From the NCBI GenBank assembly GCA_030704615.1, contig CM060732.1, forward strand, positions 59,644,001 to 59,708,000: DNA of 64,000 bases. Direction: 5' to 3'. Position numbers and translations under genes: made by a program. The notes beneath the pieces are model-generated. The model searched no databases, had not been told where the DNA came from, and saw only the letters and a program-made list of their open reading frames with translations. Shown here piece after piece: positions 38,617-50,210 of this stretch. The stretch comes from Takakia lepidozioides. Lineage: Eukaryota > Plantae > Bryophyta. Within the stretch, counting starts at the first letter, position 1. Each line of letters opens with the position of its first letter.

Positions 38617-39674
38617 ATCCTCTCCTGAGCTTTCCTACACTGTCTCTCAGTTGTGAAATACAAAGATTGCCTCCTTCTGTGACGCTTGAATGCACTCATG
38701 TCTGTGCTAAAGCCCTCCAGCTTGCTCGCCACTCCGGATGGTTAATCACTCTGAAACGTCGATTCTTTGCAAAAAGTGTCTTGAAGCGGCGATTGGAATT
38801 TTGGGATGAATGAAAAACTCGCGCCCGCGCCTACTTTACATTGTCAACTTAGGGCACTGCTGGATTTTTCGTGTGCTCATCTTCATCTACCATGCAGGCT
38901 AGCGGACGAAATGACATGCGTCCACAGGTGACCGGCCGGGTATCGCAGAAATCAGCGCATGCAGAGCTTTGGATACCTTCCCGGAGACGTCTTCAATATA
39001 ACGGTACTTTCCAACGGTATGTACGCGCCGAAATTACAGTGGGCGAATTGACCATTGCAGCTAGGCAATAGGTGCTTTGCAGAGCCCATGACTGGCAGTG
39101 GGCACGACAATCCCTTTGGGACTCTCATGCAGTAGTCAGTGCCGAGCCTCATCATCTTTGTCAGTACATTCCGCCAATCATTCAAGCAGATATTCCGTCC
39201 GTGTGGTTTCGTATTGTCTACTTTCGTACTCCACGGTTTTGTAGTGTACATATTCCGACCTCTGCACTGCAATTTGCATTGCCCCAGTTGTCTAATGGAT
39301 CGTATTGCAGACATAGCAAAATTCTACTGTGCGTCCCACTCAAGGCCCCTCTGCAAAGTTGCGGGTAGCAATGGCCTCGTTGCTATGCAGGAGGACGTGC
39401 TCTGTAGAAGCTTGGAACTTGAAGTTGGAACTGATCATGTTGAAAGAGAAGTATACAATGATTCCGGCAAGGTTGACAGCATGTTGATTCTGGAGCCAGA
39501 TATGGTTGGAAATCGTAAAGAATGGAGAGTTCCGGCGGGCAAGTACCGCGTGCACGGGGATCAAAGACGCCTGTCTGCTAACGCCTGGAACCGCAACTTC
39601 GGTGGCTCATGCCTTCACACCTGTTCCCTTAAAAAAGAAGAGACCAACACTTCCACAGCATTCGTGGAACTCTC

Positions 39675-40816
39675 CACTAGATGCATTCGTGTCAACCACT
39701 AGGGTAACGACTCATTTTGAGTCGTAAAAGTAAAAAAACCGGGATCGACTGGAAGTTACAAACGACTAGTTACAACAGACGTGGAAGTTGGGTCGGACAT
39801 CCAATGATTGGAGTGGTAAAGGACGTAGACGCACGAACAACTGCTCAACGATTATTGCGATTAATGTTGAAGAACCACGTGGCGTAACCAGGCGGGCCGC
39901 TCGTGTGTCTGACCTTTTGGGCTGACTTTGGCCTTTCCCTCCGAATGAGTGGACTGATTCACCGGAGCGCGGTGACACATGGACGCGGACGTGGACGATG
40001 ATGTGGATGCCGACGTGGCGGTGCCGCGGCGAGCAGCACTGCTGCCACGTGGCCACGGGCCCGGGGCGCCACGTGGTAGTTGACCACATAATTTGCAGTG
40101 CTACATGCCTAGTGGAAATTGCGACTGCGGAAGTCGGCGCAACCACTGCTTTACTACTTTAAATGAAATGCTCAAAATTTCTTGAACAATCACTCATAGT
40201 GGTTCATGCTTTGAAGTTTTGGTGTTTGTAATGAGCCAACTAGTACATACGCATGTAATGCCATACAAGAGAACTAATCATGTCATTAGAAATGCGAAAA
40301 CAATGAAAGACATGCTATGAAACAAAACAAAATGAAAATGAAATGAAATGAAAGAAATGGTACTTTATTACATCTGCGGAAAGCTCAAAGAGCTTATGAT
40401 ACAAAATGAAAAAACCAAAGTAAAAAAGCAGCCCAAAGCTGCTACTGCTCTGGGGATTGCCTAAGGGTCAAGGCCTCATGCAGGTAAGCTGCCAAACAAT
40501 TGTGATCCTCATAATGCAAGGCTCAGTGACAGATTGAGTCCCACGGAATAGACCATCTACCCATGCAAGTTTCTTGTAGCTATTGATCCACAGGGAATCA
40601 TAGGTAATCTTGTGCTTGAAATTTGGCCCTCTTGGATGAATCTGGACCCACACTCTCTTTGTTCCTTCAGCTACACATGCCTCTGCACAAATCATGCATT
40701 CATCCTTACCTCCCTGCTAGTAGCTGACAATGACAGCCTAGATTTATTCTAGGGAACATCCAACTCAGCTTCTCACACTAGTTACTATTTTGAATGCATC
40801 TGCTAGTCTATGAAAT
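39675..40816 (-). repeat. Inverted copy of 1851-3062: CACTA type-B terminus + LINE tail + PDF module
   Basis: Starts CACTAGATGCATTCGTGTCAACCACTAGGGTAACGACTC; ORFs 39766-40146 and 40468-40695 mirror 2588-2968 and 1972-2265. Confidence 0.93.
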
Positions 40817-41210
40817 CACTAGAAGAGAAACCGGTTTTTTCCACGGTTTTTTCCACATTTTTTTCTGTGGAATCAGCTGTAGTCCACACCTGCCGTGGGT
40901 GTAAGAAACGACTAGTGCTTTCGGACACCTCGTGGACGGCCTGGCTCTCGGGTGGCCTTGTGGAAAAGTCCACGGGTGGCTTTTTCCACGGGAGGCTTTT
41001 TCCATGGGTGGCTTTTTTCACGGGGTGCATGGTGACATGGCCGCTGACATGGCCGATGGCATAGCTGACATGGTAGAGTGTGAAAAAGGCCAGTGTGGCA
41101 TGTTTCACGACGGATTACACACCTTGAACAAGCCACTATGCGACACGTGTCATATTTCACACGTTCGACAAGTCACTATGCAACACGTGTTCGTTCCTGT
41201 GTGGTGGTAC
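40817..41210. mobile_element. CACTA left terminus (type D)
   Basis: CACTAGAAGAGAAACCGGTTTTTTCCACGG with CCACGG/CCGTGG subterminal repeats; interrupts the PDF-module intron, which is uninterrupted at 1851. Confidence 0.8.
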
Positions 41211-41434
41211 GTATTAATTAATTATTAATTGATTTCCAATATTAAGTTTGAATATTAATGGATTTAATTTATTGTTATTATTACGATGATGATTATTATT
41301 ATTATTATTATAGGAAAAATGGAGAGTGGCCTTGATGAGAACATTATTAAATAACAAAATATTGAAATTATGTTTTTAAAAATTATATTTATTTGCTCAG
41401 AAAACACACCCTTTGCGGGGAATGAGAGTTTGCC

Positions 41435-42243
41435 TTAGTGTCTATGCTGAGTTGCGTCTCCTACTCTTTGTAATCTAATAGACATTCACATTTTTCCCTC
41501 AGTTGTCCCACCCTTGACTAGGGTCAGAAAAACATTCATTCCACAGCTTCTCCTCATCTCTGTTACATGTTTCTGGATACTTTCCTATTGTCACTTTGGC
41601 AGTATCATGTCAAAATCACTCCAAACTATGTACCATCTACCCATGCAGGTTTCTTGTAGCTATCCTTCCACAGGGAATCATAAGTAATGTGGAGCTTGAA
41701 ATCTGGCCCTCTTGGATGACACTCTATCCCTGCTCCTTCAGCTATCCATGCCTCTGCACAGATCATGCATACATCATTGCATTGTTGTTAGCAGCTGACA
41801 ATGGCAACCTAGATTTGTTCCAACAAACACCCAACTCAACTTATCACACCAGTCCATATTCTCAATTGCATCTACCACTCTGTAATCCAAAGGCATTTAC
41901 CTTCCAAGACGGTTGTCCCACCATTGACTGGGGTCGGAAAAGTATTCATTCCACAGCTTCTCCTCTCTGTTACCTATTTTTGGATACTCTCCTATTGTCA
42001 CTTTGGCAGTATCATGTCAAAGTCACTCCAAACTATCAAAGGTTCACTCAAGCTAACTTGCAAAATTCTTAAAACATGAAAATTTAGGGCGATTCTAATA
42101 AGAGGGGAAAACAGAGTGAAATGTGTTGAAGAAGGTGCCTTGATTAGCATTGCCTGATTTTATCAATTGTGCCGCTGCTGCTGCGGCTTCCAGTTGACCA
42201 TCTACCCATGCAGGTTTCTTGGAGCTATTTTTCCACAGGGAAT
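41435..42243 (-). repeat. PDF-module fragments (~2 copies)
   Basis: Reverse complement of the same exon/intron unit; DSLWKNSSKKPAWVDGQLEAAAAAAQLIKSG. Confidence 0.85.
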
Positions 42244-42986
42244 CACCCCTTCCCGCATCATTGCTCATAGGTCTCCAAAACCTCCATCCGCGCCCTTGCT
42301 GTGCATATCCTGCAATCATCGCACTCCACGACACCACATCTCGTTCAGCCATACTGTCGAACACTTCTTTTGTATCCTCAATGCACCCACATTTGGCATA
42401 CATGCAGTTGCTCATAGGTCTCCAAAGCATTCCTACCACACCCATGTTAAATCCTGCCAACATTATATTCAACGTGATCAAAGTTCGTTGAGGCATTCCG
42501 TTGAACACTCGATGTGCATTCATGATGCTCTTGCACTTAACATACATGTTCACAAGGGTGTTGAGGAGAAAAACACTTGGCGTGAATCCACTTTGGATAA
42601 TGTGAGTGTGCACCTGCTTTCCAGCTTCCAGACCCTTCAATTTGATGCACTTAAGCAAGAGACAGACATACATATCTGAATATGCTGAAATGCTCCTTGG
42701 TTTAAAGGTTGTAAAGCCTCTTTTAGTCTGCCTACCTCACAAAGCATCTTCACATGCCCAGAAGAGCCAGAAGAGGCATTATGGACTCCCTCTCTTGATC
42801 CTTTTTTAGAAGCTGTGGTCATGGTTGAGGTGCCTAAATTAAATCAGGGCTGCCAGGCCTGCAATGCACACAAACATGATGTGGCCGGGCTGAACCCCTT
42901 CCCCCATCATTTGCTCATAGGTCTCCAAAGCCTCCATCCCACGTCCCTGTTGTGCATACCCTACAAGCATCGCACTCCACAACACC
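42244..42986 (-). pseudogene. Linker + PLS PPR fragments
   Basis: MTTASKKGSREG...MLCEVGRLKEALQ...YVCLLLKCIKLKGLEAGKQVHTHIIQSGFTPSVFLLNTLVNMYVKC...MYAKCGCIED...DVVSWSAMIAGYAQQG. Confidence 0.88.
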
Positions 42987-43213
42987 CATGAAATGGTAGG
43001 CACATTTCATACGACAGTTAAGATCCTAGAGTCACTTTTCGAGTCACAACTTCACTAAAATCATTCCTAGATTGCCACACCTACAAAGGATGTTTTTCAT
43101 GGATTTTTCATTAATCAATCATAGAAATAAGCTACATGCATGTACATGTACAATCAATCGAAGGGATGGGTACAGTTATGTGTGAGAATTATTATGTAGC
43201 TTTGATTACGTTT

Positions 43214-44041
43214 CTAATCAACTTGAACATCATCATCCGGAGCTTCTTCGTCTTCATCAAGCTGCAAGTCTTCTTGCTCATCAGAGTCATTGTCATAAAT
43301 GGCCTGGTCACCAAAAGGCACATCTGAATCATCTTCCACCTCAGTTTCAATGACCATGTCTTCATCTTCTTCTCCAACATCCGCATCTGATGGAGCCTCA
43401 TCGTATAGGGTCCGGGATGCATTGTCCGGGGCGTCATCATTCTCTTGTACCCCCTCTATCCAACCTCGGCCAACATCAGCGTTATCATGACCAGTCTCTT
43501 CCTCCTCCGCATTTGCCTCGCCCCATGTAGATCCCCGACCATGATAGATACGTCTTCCTCTTGGCTGAGCATGCACAACCACCTTCCAATTTCCTGATCT
43601 GGAGAAGAAAACTTGCTCCATGTCTGAAGGCCATGAAAAAGGCTCATCGGAGAGACGATGAGTAGACTCGAGCCTATCTGTATTGACGCGCATGAAACCA
43701 CACTCGTCTTCCACTATTGTTGCGGATGGCCCCAAGATATGGCTGGAACCACCTTGCCTTGAAGATAAGAGGCCGGTGCCTTGTATACTGAAGTTGGAGT
43801 ATGCTCTCAAGCTCTCCAAAGTAGTTGAGTGTGCTCATGGTAGGTCGTGTATCTCCCCTGCCCCACACGGAGTCTTGCCAATATGAGGCACACAAGCCAG
43901 AATCAAACGTTGTTTTGCGCTTCATGTCAAGAGCACGAATGCGGAAATGACGACCATGAAACCAAACCGCCGTGTATGAGGTCGCAAATTGAGAGGGGCC
44001 CCTTGCAATGTCTTGCACCAAATCTGAAACCACCTCACCTT
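43214..44041 (-). pseudogene. CACTA transposase C-terminal part (DUF4216-like) with acidic tail
   Basis: ARGP...HGRHFR...DSG...YFGELESILQLQY...FKARWF; DECGFMRVN...DEPF...QVFF...WKVVV. Confidence 0.85.
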
Positions 44042-44289
44042 CCTTTTCCAGGGCTGCCAGGCTCGCGCATTGCATATACAAACGAACGTGGCCAGGTCTA
44101 TGTGACCAGGTCTGGCTTTATCCCTTCCCGCATCATCGCATCATTTGCTCATAGGTCTCCAATGCCTCCATCCCGCATCCATGTTGGAGAATATCCCGCC
44201 ATCATCACACTCCAGGACACGACATTTCGTTCAGCCATATTCTCAAACACTCCCTTTGTATCTCAATACTATCACATTTGGCATACATG
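44042..44289 (-). pseudogene. PPR fragment inside inverted segment 1
   Basis: MYAKC...GVFENMAERNVVSW...MMREGIKPDL...CASLAALEK. Confidence 0.85.
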
Positions 44290-45296
44290 CACTACTACGT
44301 TTAGGGGGGGTTAGCGACGCCGGGACCCCGAGCGCGCCAGACGCGACGACCCTCCTACGACTGCTGCGCTGCGTAGGCGCCCGGCCCAGACATTGCGACG
44401 TCCGCGCGTTGCCGCAGTGCCGCTCCGGTGACGCTTTGCCAGCTTGCGATTCAGCTACGTCGCTGCAGTTGGGGCATGACCCGCCAACAAGCTGGGGGTT
44501 GCGACACCGGGGCGTCGCACGTGCCCTCTGTGACGCTCCCGCAAGGCTGCGACGCCCGGGAATCGCAACAACACCTCCTCACACTTAGGCGCGTGGGGAG
44601 GGTTGAGCCAGCTCGCATTGTTCCGGTGGATTTGCTCCAAAGAGCTGGAGGAAGCGGACTTTCCACGTATGAAGAAGGAGGCAGCGGCGGTCATGTGTAT
44701 GTTGGAGATGCACCTTCCTCCCTCCTTCTTTGCCATCCAAGTGCACTAAGTAGTGCACTTAGTGGAAGAGGCTTCGATTGCCGGCCCCGTTCATTCTCGG
44801 TGGATGTACTACCTTGAGCGATACATGAAGACTTTGAAAGCACATGTAAGACAAATGGCACACCCGGAGGGTAGCATGGCGGAGGGGTATACATTGCAAG
44901 AGGCTATGTTCTACTGCATGGAGTACTTGACAAGGGTGGATAAGGAAGCCCCTCCGATGTGGAAGGAAGATGAGGATGTACGACCCAAGGACATCGTTTT
45001 GCCCAAAAATTCAAAGAGGGTAAAATTACCCATCATGGTGATTGACCAAGCGCATGAGTTGATACTAAAGAACACCCCATCCATACATGAGTGGGAGGAA
45101 AGATACAATCACCTTGTTCAGCAACGACAGGAGGAGACGGTTGCGTGGAGGCGGAACCATGCAAGGGCGACTACACGCGCTCCGCGAGCAAGAGGCCGGC
45201 GTAGGAATGTGCCTTCACAAGAATTGCCCATGGAATTGCAGCCTCTAAGTTCATTCCGCCATTGGCTTCGGACTGAAGTAGAGGATAGCATTGCGA
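44290..45296 (+). mobile_element. CACTA type-C left terminus joined to transposase DUF4218-like segment
   Basis: CACTACTACGTTTAGGGGGGGTTAGCGACGCC; from ~44694 MCMLEMHLPPSFF..QVH*VVHLVEEASIAGPVHSRWMYYLERYMKTLK...PEGSMAEGY. Confidence 0.9.
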
Positions 45297-45825
45297 AAAG
45301 AGGTTCATGGTGAAATCATCAGAGCTGGAATTGTACCCAACGTCATTCTGAACAATACCCTCGTGGACGTGTATGCGAAATGCGGGTGCATCGCGGATGC
45401 GAAGGGAGTTTGCAACTATGGCTGAACGATGCTTGCGGGGTATGCACAGGAAGGCCGCGGGAAGGAGGCTTTGGAGACCTATGATCAAATGATGGCGGAA
45501 GGGGTGATCATGTGCAAGGCTGGCAGCCCTGGAAAAGGGCAAAGAGGTCCATGGTAACATTGAATTGTACACGATGTCATTCTGAATAGTACTCTCGTGG
45601 ACATGTATGCAAAATGTGGGTGCATCAAGGATGCAAAGGGAGTGTTCAAAAGTATGGCTGAACGAGATGTGGTGTCGTGGAGTGCGATGATTGCAGGATA
45701 TGCACAGCAAGGGCGCGAGATGGAGGCTTTGGAGACCTGTGAGCATCTTCCTCAACACATTTCAGCCTGTTTTCCCTGTTATCAGAGTCGTCCATAAATT
45801 TTCAGGTTGAATTCTGCAAGTTATG
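45297..45825 (+). pseudogene. PPR fragments followed by PDF-module intron piece
   Basis: KEVHGEIIRAGIVPNVILNNTLVDVYAKCG...; DMYAKCGCIKDAKGVFKSMAERDVVSWSAMIAGYAQQG; switches to module intron at ~45756. Confidence 0.88.
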
Positions 45826-46419
45826 GGTGCCTGCAATTGTACTCTTCCCCCTTCTTTACACCCGCATTTCTATATTCATAGCCACAACAGATGGATGTCA
45901 TCAAGTCATGGTAAAGGGCTTCTTTGAGAAAGAAATGCTAAAATGCACCAGGGTTAAATTTCATTCTTGGGATTCATGGCCCCTTCCACTATGGTAGTGG
46001 GCCTCTTTGTTTCTGTTGTTGTTCCATCTTTTAGTCTTTTCTGCTCTTTCAAAACTAGGTACAGGCATTAACTTGGCTTGAAGACTACTAGGGCAAGCAA
46101 TGTCTAAATATCATTTTTTTTCTTTCTCTATCCCTGGATGTAATAAGTGTCTTCCTTGTTCTTTTACTGAGTTCATTTCATTCAGTCTTAACTTGGTGCT
46201 CTTACACCTCGAGCAATGAAACCCCACAAGCTCCAAGACCAAAAGTAGTCCATTTGCATGATGTTGCACATTTTTGCTTTGGGAGACCTGGTTTCTTATG
46301 AGAAACAGGGAGAGATCTGGCCACATGGGAAGTTCTTGATGATATATGACAGATTTATCAATGGTATCTCACAGGACAAGATTGGCGTGCAAAAAGGTGA
46401 ATGCATGTTGGAAGCGCAA

Positions 46420-46959
46420 GTCAGCATAGGAACTTGTGTGATAAGTAGGGTTAGGGTGTTTGTTGGAACAAATCTAGGCTGTCATTGTCAGCTGCTAGTA
46501 GCAAGGCAAGGATGTGTGCATGATTTGTGCAGAGGCAAAGATAGCTGAAGGAGCAGGGATGGAGAGTGGGTCCATATTCATCCAAGAGGGCCAGATTTCA
46601 AGCACAAGCTTACTTATGATTCCCTATGGATCAATAGCTACTTGAAACCTGCATGGGTAGATGGTCAACTAGATGCCGCAGCAGCAATGGCACAACTGAT
46701 AAAATTAGGCACTGGTCATCAAGGCACCTTCTTCAACACATTTCACCCTGTTTTCCCCTCTTATCAAAATCAGCCCTAAATTTTCATGTTGAATTTTGCA
46801 AGTTAGCTGGTTGAGTGAATGTAGTTTGGAGTGACTTTGACATGATACTGCCACTGTGACAACAGGAAAGTATCCAAAAACACATAACAGAGATGAGGTG
46901 AAGCTGTGGAATGAATACTTTTCTGACCCCATGAGTCAATGGTGGGACACCGAGGCAAA
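46420..46959 (+). repeat. One nearly complete PDF module
   Basis: intron - IHPRGPDFKHKLTYDSLWINSYLKPAWVDGQLDAAAAMAQLIKLG - intron - DE.KLWNEYFSDP..QWWD. Confidence 0.88.
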
Positions 46960-48449
46960 AATTTCAGTCTAGTGCCAAGAGTGGGTAGGCCCTTGAGGTC
47001 ATCCATGATGTCCTCCCCATGCCACCCACAGACTGGAAACAAGTTCAGGGAAGCTTTCTGCCTAACTTCATTTTCATCATACAATTTTCTGGTAACAGAC
47101 ATGCCTTTGGACACTATAGCCTCTAAGTCATATTTGTCCAACAGGGTCAGTGACTTGCGGGTCTTTACTACCCAAAGAGTGATAAGTTTAGGAATTTGGA
47201 CCTTGCCTGCTTGCTTGGAACCAAAGATGGTCCATCCTCCCTACTTTAAGCCAGTATCAAGGATTTCCCCCTCCTTTGTTTTGGGTGGACGGTGGTGGGC
47301 AGTGTTTATAGTCGGTATCATAGCTTGAAGGCCTGCAATGTGTACTTATTGTTCTGCAAGTGATGAATTATGAAAATTCAATGATGCCCATCATTTGAAG
47401 AGTGCTAGTTGGCCTAGCAATGAAATACCAGAGCACCTCCTCTTCCAATTAAATCCAGGCAATATGATTTTGGTTGGTAAATGAAACTCTGTTGCTACAA
47501 GTTCATGTGATTCCCTTTACTCATTTTTGTCTTATTTTTGGATTATCTTGTTGCCTCACAAATTCACCACTAAGCTGTATGGGACTGCATCTCTTGGTTG
47601 GTACCCCCAAGACCAAATAGAAATAGGTTGAGCCATTTTTATCTGGTAAGTATGTGGTAAGTATCTGGTAATGTATCTGGTAAGTGCTGTACGTTCTGTT
47701 ATGTTGCAGGCTATAGATTGGTATCCTACATTCAAGGATATGCTGGACAGTAATGACCTTGACAAAGTGCTTCTTGGGATCACAACTATTACCAGAGGTA
47801 GATACCCATTGCTATTTTTTCTTATGAGGTCCTACCACATGTTCATCACCAGGACTCCACCTTTCCAGCAGAATGTTTCGTGGATGATGTCTTGTAAGTA
47901 CACCAAATGGAATTCCTGACCTATAGGTAGCACTCGACGCCATGTTTTGGCAAACACTGCATGTTCAAACGTAAAGCAGCTAGAAAAGTATCAAGGTGCT
48001 TATTCACCTAAGACTGCAATGAGTTGGGACACAAAGCAGCTGTAATTAGTTTGAGCTCGTGATATGTTGTTATGACAGTGATGGTTTCTTTTGTACATGT
48101 AGGTGTGCAGGTTCACATGCAATTTTACACAGAAGAAAAGAAGCAAGCAAATGGAGTGTTGGCCATTCATGTTTCTCGGTCTTATGTTCGAAGGCAACCC
48201 ATGGAGCTTTTGTCTGACATGTTGAATGTTAGTACTGTATGTTCCATGTATCATTGACATTAAGGGTTCCGTTATGTTTCATCCTAGGTTGTCTCCCTCC
48301 GTGTTCCAACTTCAATTTGAATGTGTTTCTGAGCAGTTCAGTTGCTGGTTGCCGGTTGAGATGTTCTACTCAATCTTGCAATTGAGTTTGGATGTTCTAG
48401 TCTGCTTGCTCATATGCAGAGGAGAAGTAGAGAGGGGAAGTCCAAAAAA

Positions 48450-49647
48450 CTTCTTTCTGACCCCAGTCAATGGTGGGACAATAGAGGCAAAAAGGTGAAT
48501 GCCTGTTGGATTACAGAGAGTAGCAGATGCCATTGAGCATAGGGTGATAACTGGAGTTGGGTGTTTGCTGGAACAAATATAGACTGTCATTGTCAGCTGC
48601 TAGCAGTAAGGCAAGGATGTATGCATAATCTGTGCAGAGGCATGGATAGCTGAAGGAGCAGGGATAGAGTGTGGGTCCAGCATCAAAGAGGGCCGGATTT
48701 CAAGCACAAGATTACCTATGATTCCCTGTGGAAGCAGCACGGGTAGATGGTCAACTAGAAGCAGCAGCAACAACGACACAATTGATAAACTCAAGCACTG
48801 CTAATCAAGGCACCTTCTTCAACACATTTCACCCTGTTTTTCCATCTTATCAGAATCGGCCCTAGATGTTGAATTCTTCACATTAGCTGGTTGAATGAAC
48901 CTTTGATAGTTTGGAGTGACTTTGACATGATACTGCCAATGTGACAACAGGAAAGTATCCACAAACAGGTAACAAAGACGAGGAGAAACTGTGGAATGAA
49001 TACTTTGTGCCCCAGTCAATGGTGGGACAATCGAGGCAAAAAAGGTGAATGCCTATTGGATTACAGAGAGTAGCATATGCTATTAAGCATAGGAACTAGT
49101 GTGATAAGTAGGGTTGGGGTGTTTGCTGGAACAATTCTAGGCTATCATTATCAGCTGCTAGCAGCAAGGCAAGGATGTATTCATGATTTGTGCAGAGGTA
49201 TGGATAGCTGAAGCAGCAGGGATAGAGTGTGGGTCCAGATTCATCCAAGAGGGCTGGATTTCAAGCTCCAGATTACATATGATTTCACGTGGAAGGGTAA
49301 CTACAAGAAACCTGCATAGGTAGATTATCAACTGGAAGCCGCAGCAGCAACGGCACAATTGATAAATTTAGGCACTGGTAATCAAGACACCTTCTTCAAC
49401 ACAATTCACCCTGTTTTTCCCTCTTATCAGAATTGGCCCTAAATTTTCATGTTGAATTCTGCAATTTAGCTAATTGAGTGAATTTAGTTTGGAGTAACTT
49501 TGACATGAAACTGCCAATGTGACAATATGAAAGTATCCAGAAACAGGTAACAAAGATTATGAGAAGCTATGGAATGAATACTTTCTGACCCCAGTCAATG
49601 GTGGGACAATCGAGGCAAAAAGGTGAATGCCTGCTGGATTACAGAGA
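48450..49647 (+). repeat. Tandem array of PDF modules, period ~550-580 bp
   Basis: CCCCAGTCAATGGTGGGACAAT at 48461, 49010 and 49589. Confidence 0.92.
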
Positions 49648-49649
49648 AT

Positions 49650-49975
49650 TAGCCACGCGCTGGCGTCGCCCAAACGTCGCAGCCGGGCGACGCCCGGGAA
49701 TCGCCATGACGTCGCCGCCATTTGGGGGCGTCGCTAGACTCCCATGGGTAAGGAGGTTCGGTAGCGACGCCCGGGAATCGCAGGGACGTCGCAGCCCCCG
49801 GGGCCGTCGCTAGCTCCATGGGAGGGCGCGTTCGTGTGCGACTCCCTGGAGTCGCAACAACGTCGCAGCCCCTTTGTGGCGTCGCTAGCTCCACGTTGGC
49901 GTGGTTCTGTTGCGACGGCGGGGAATCGCAGCAGAGTCGTTGGTCGCACCCGGCCGTCGCTGGGTGGGAGGGTAG
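49650..49975. mobile_element. CACTA type-C subterminal repeat block (no terminus)
   Basis: Dense GCGACG/CGTCGC motifs. Confidence 0.7.
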
Positions 49976-50210
49976 CCAGCTGGTATTTGGGGTGGGGTTT
50001 TGGGGTTTTTTTTTGTTTTGGGGGTGGGGGGGGGGTTCTTGGGGGTTGGGGTGTGCCTCGTGCTTGCATGAAATGCATGCATTCTAATCTATAGATTATA
50101 TTAGAATCCACATGTCCATTAAGGTTAGAATGAGGATCGAAATGGTAATTGAAGAAATATATACATAAAGCGAGTACTACCTTTACATGTCTCTAACTGG
50201 GAACCATCCC

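Noticed and set aside
36605-46548. Intact PPR or DYW editing-factor gene
   Set aside because: All PPR pieces are short, frameshifted or chimeric; no E/DYW (HSE..CxxC) motif seen in the window
45826-48449. Exon-like stretches between PDF modules (e.g. 46960-47330 minus, 47710-47919 plus)
   Set aside because: Contain stops and no recognisable domain; left unassigned
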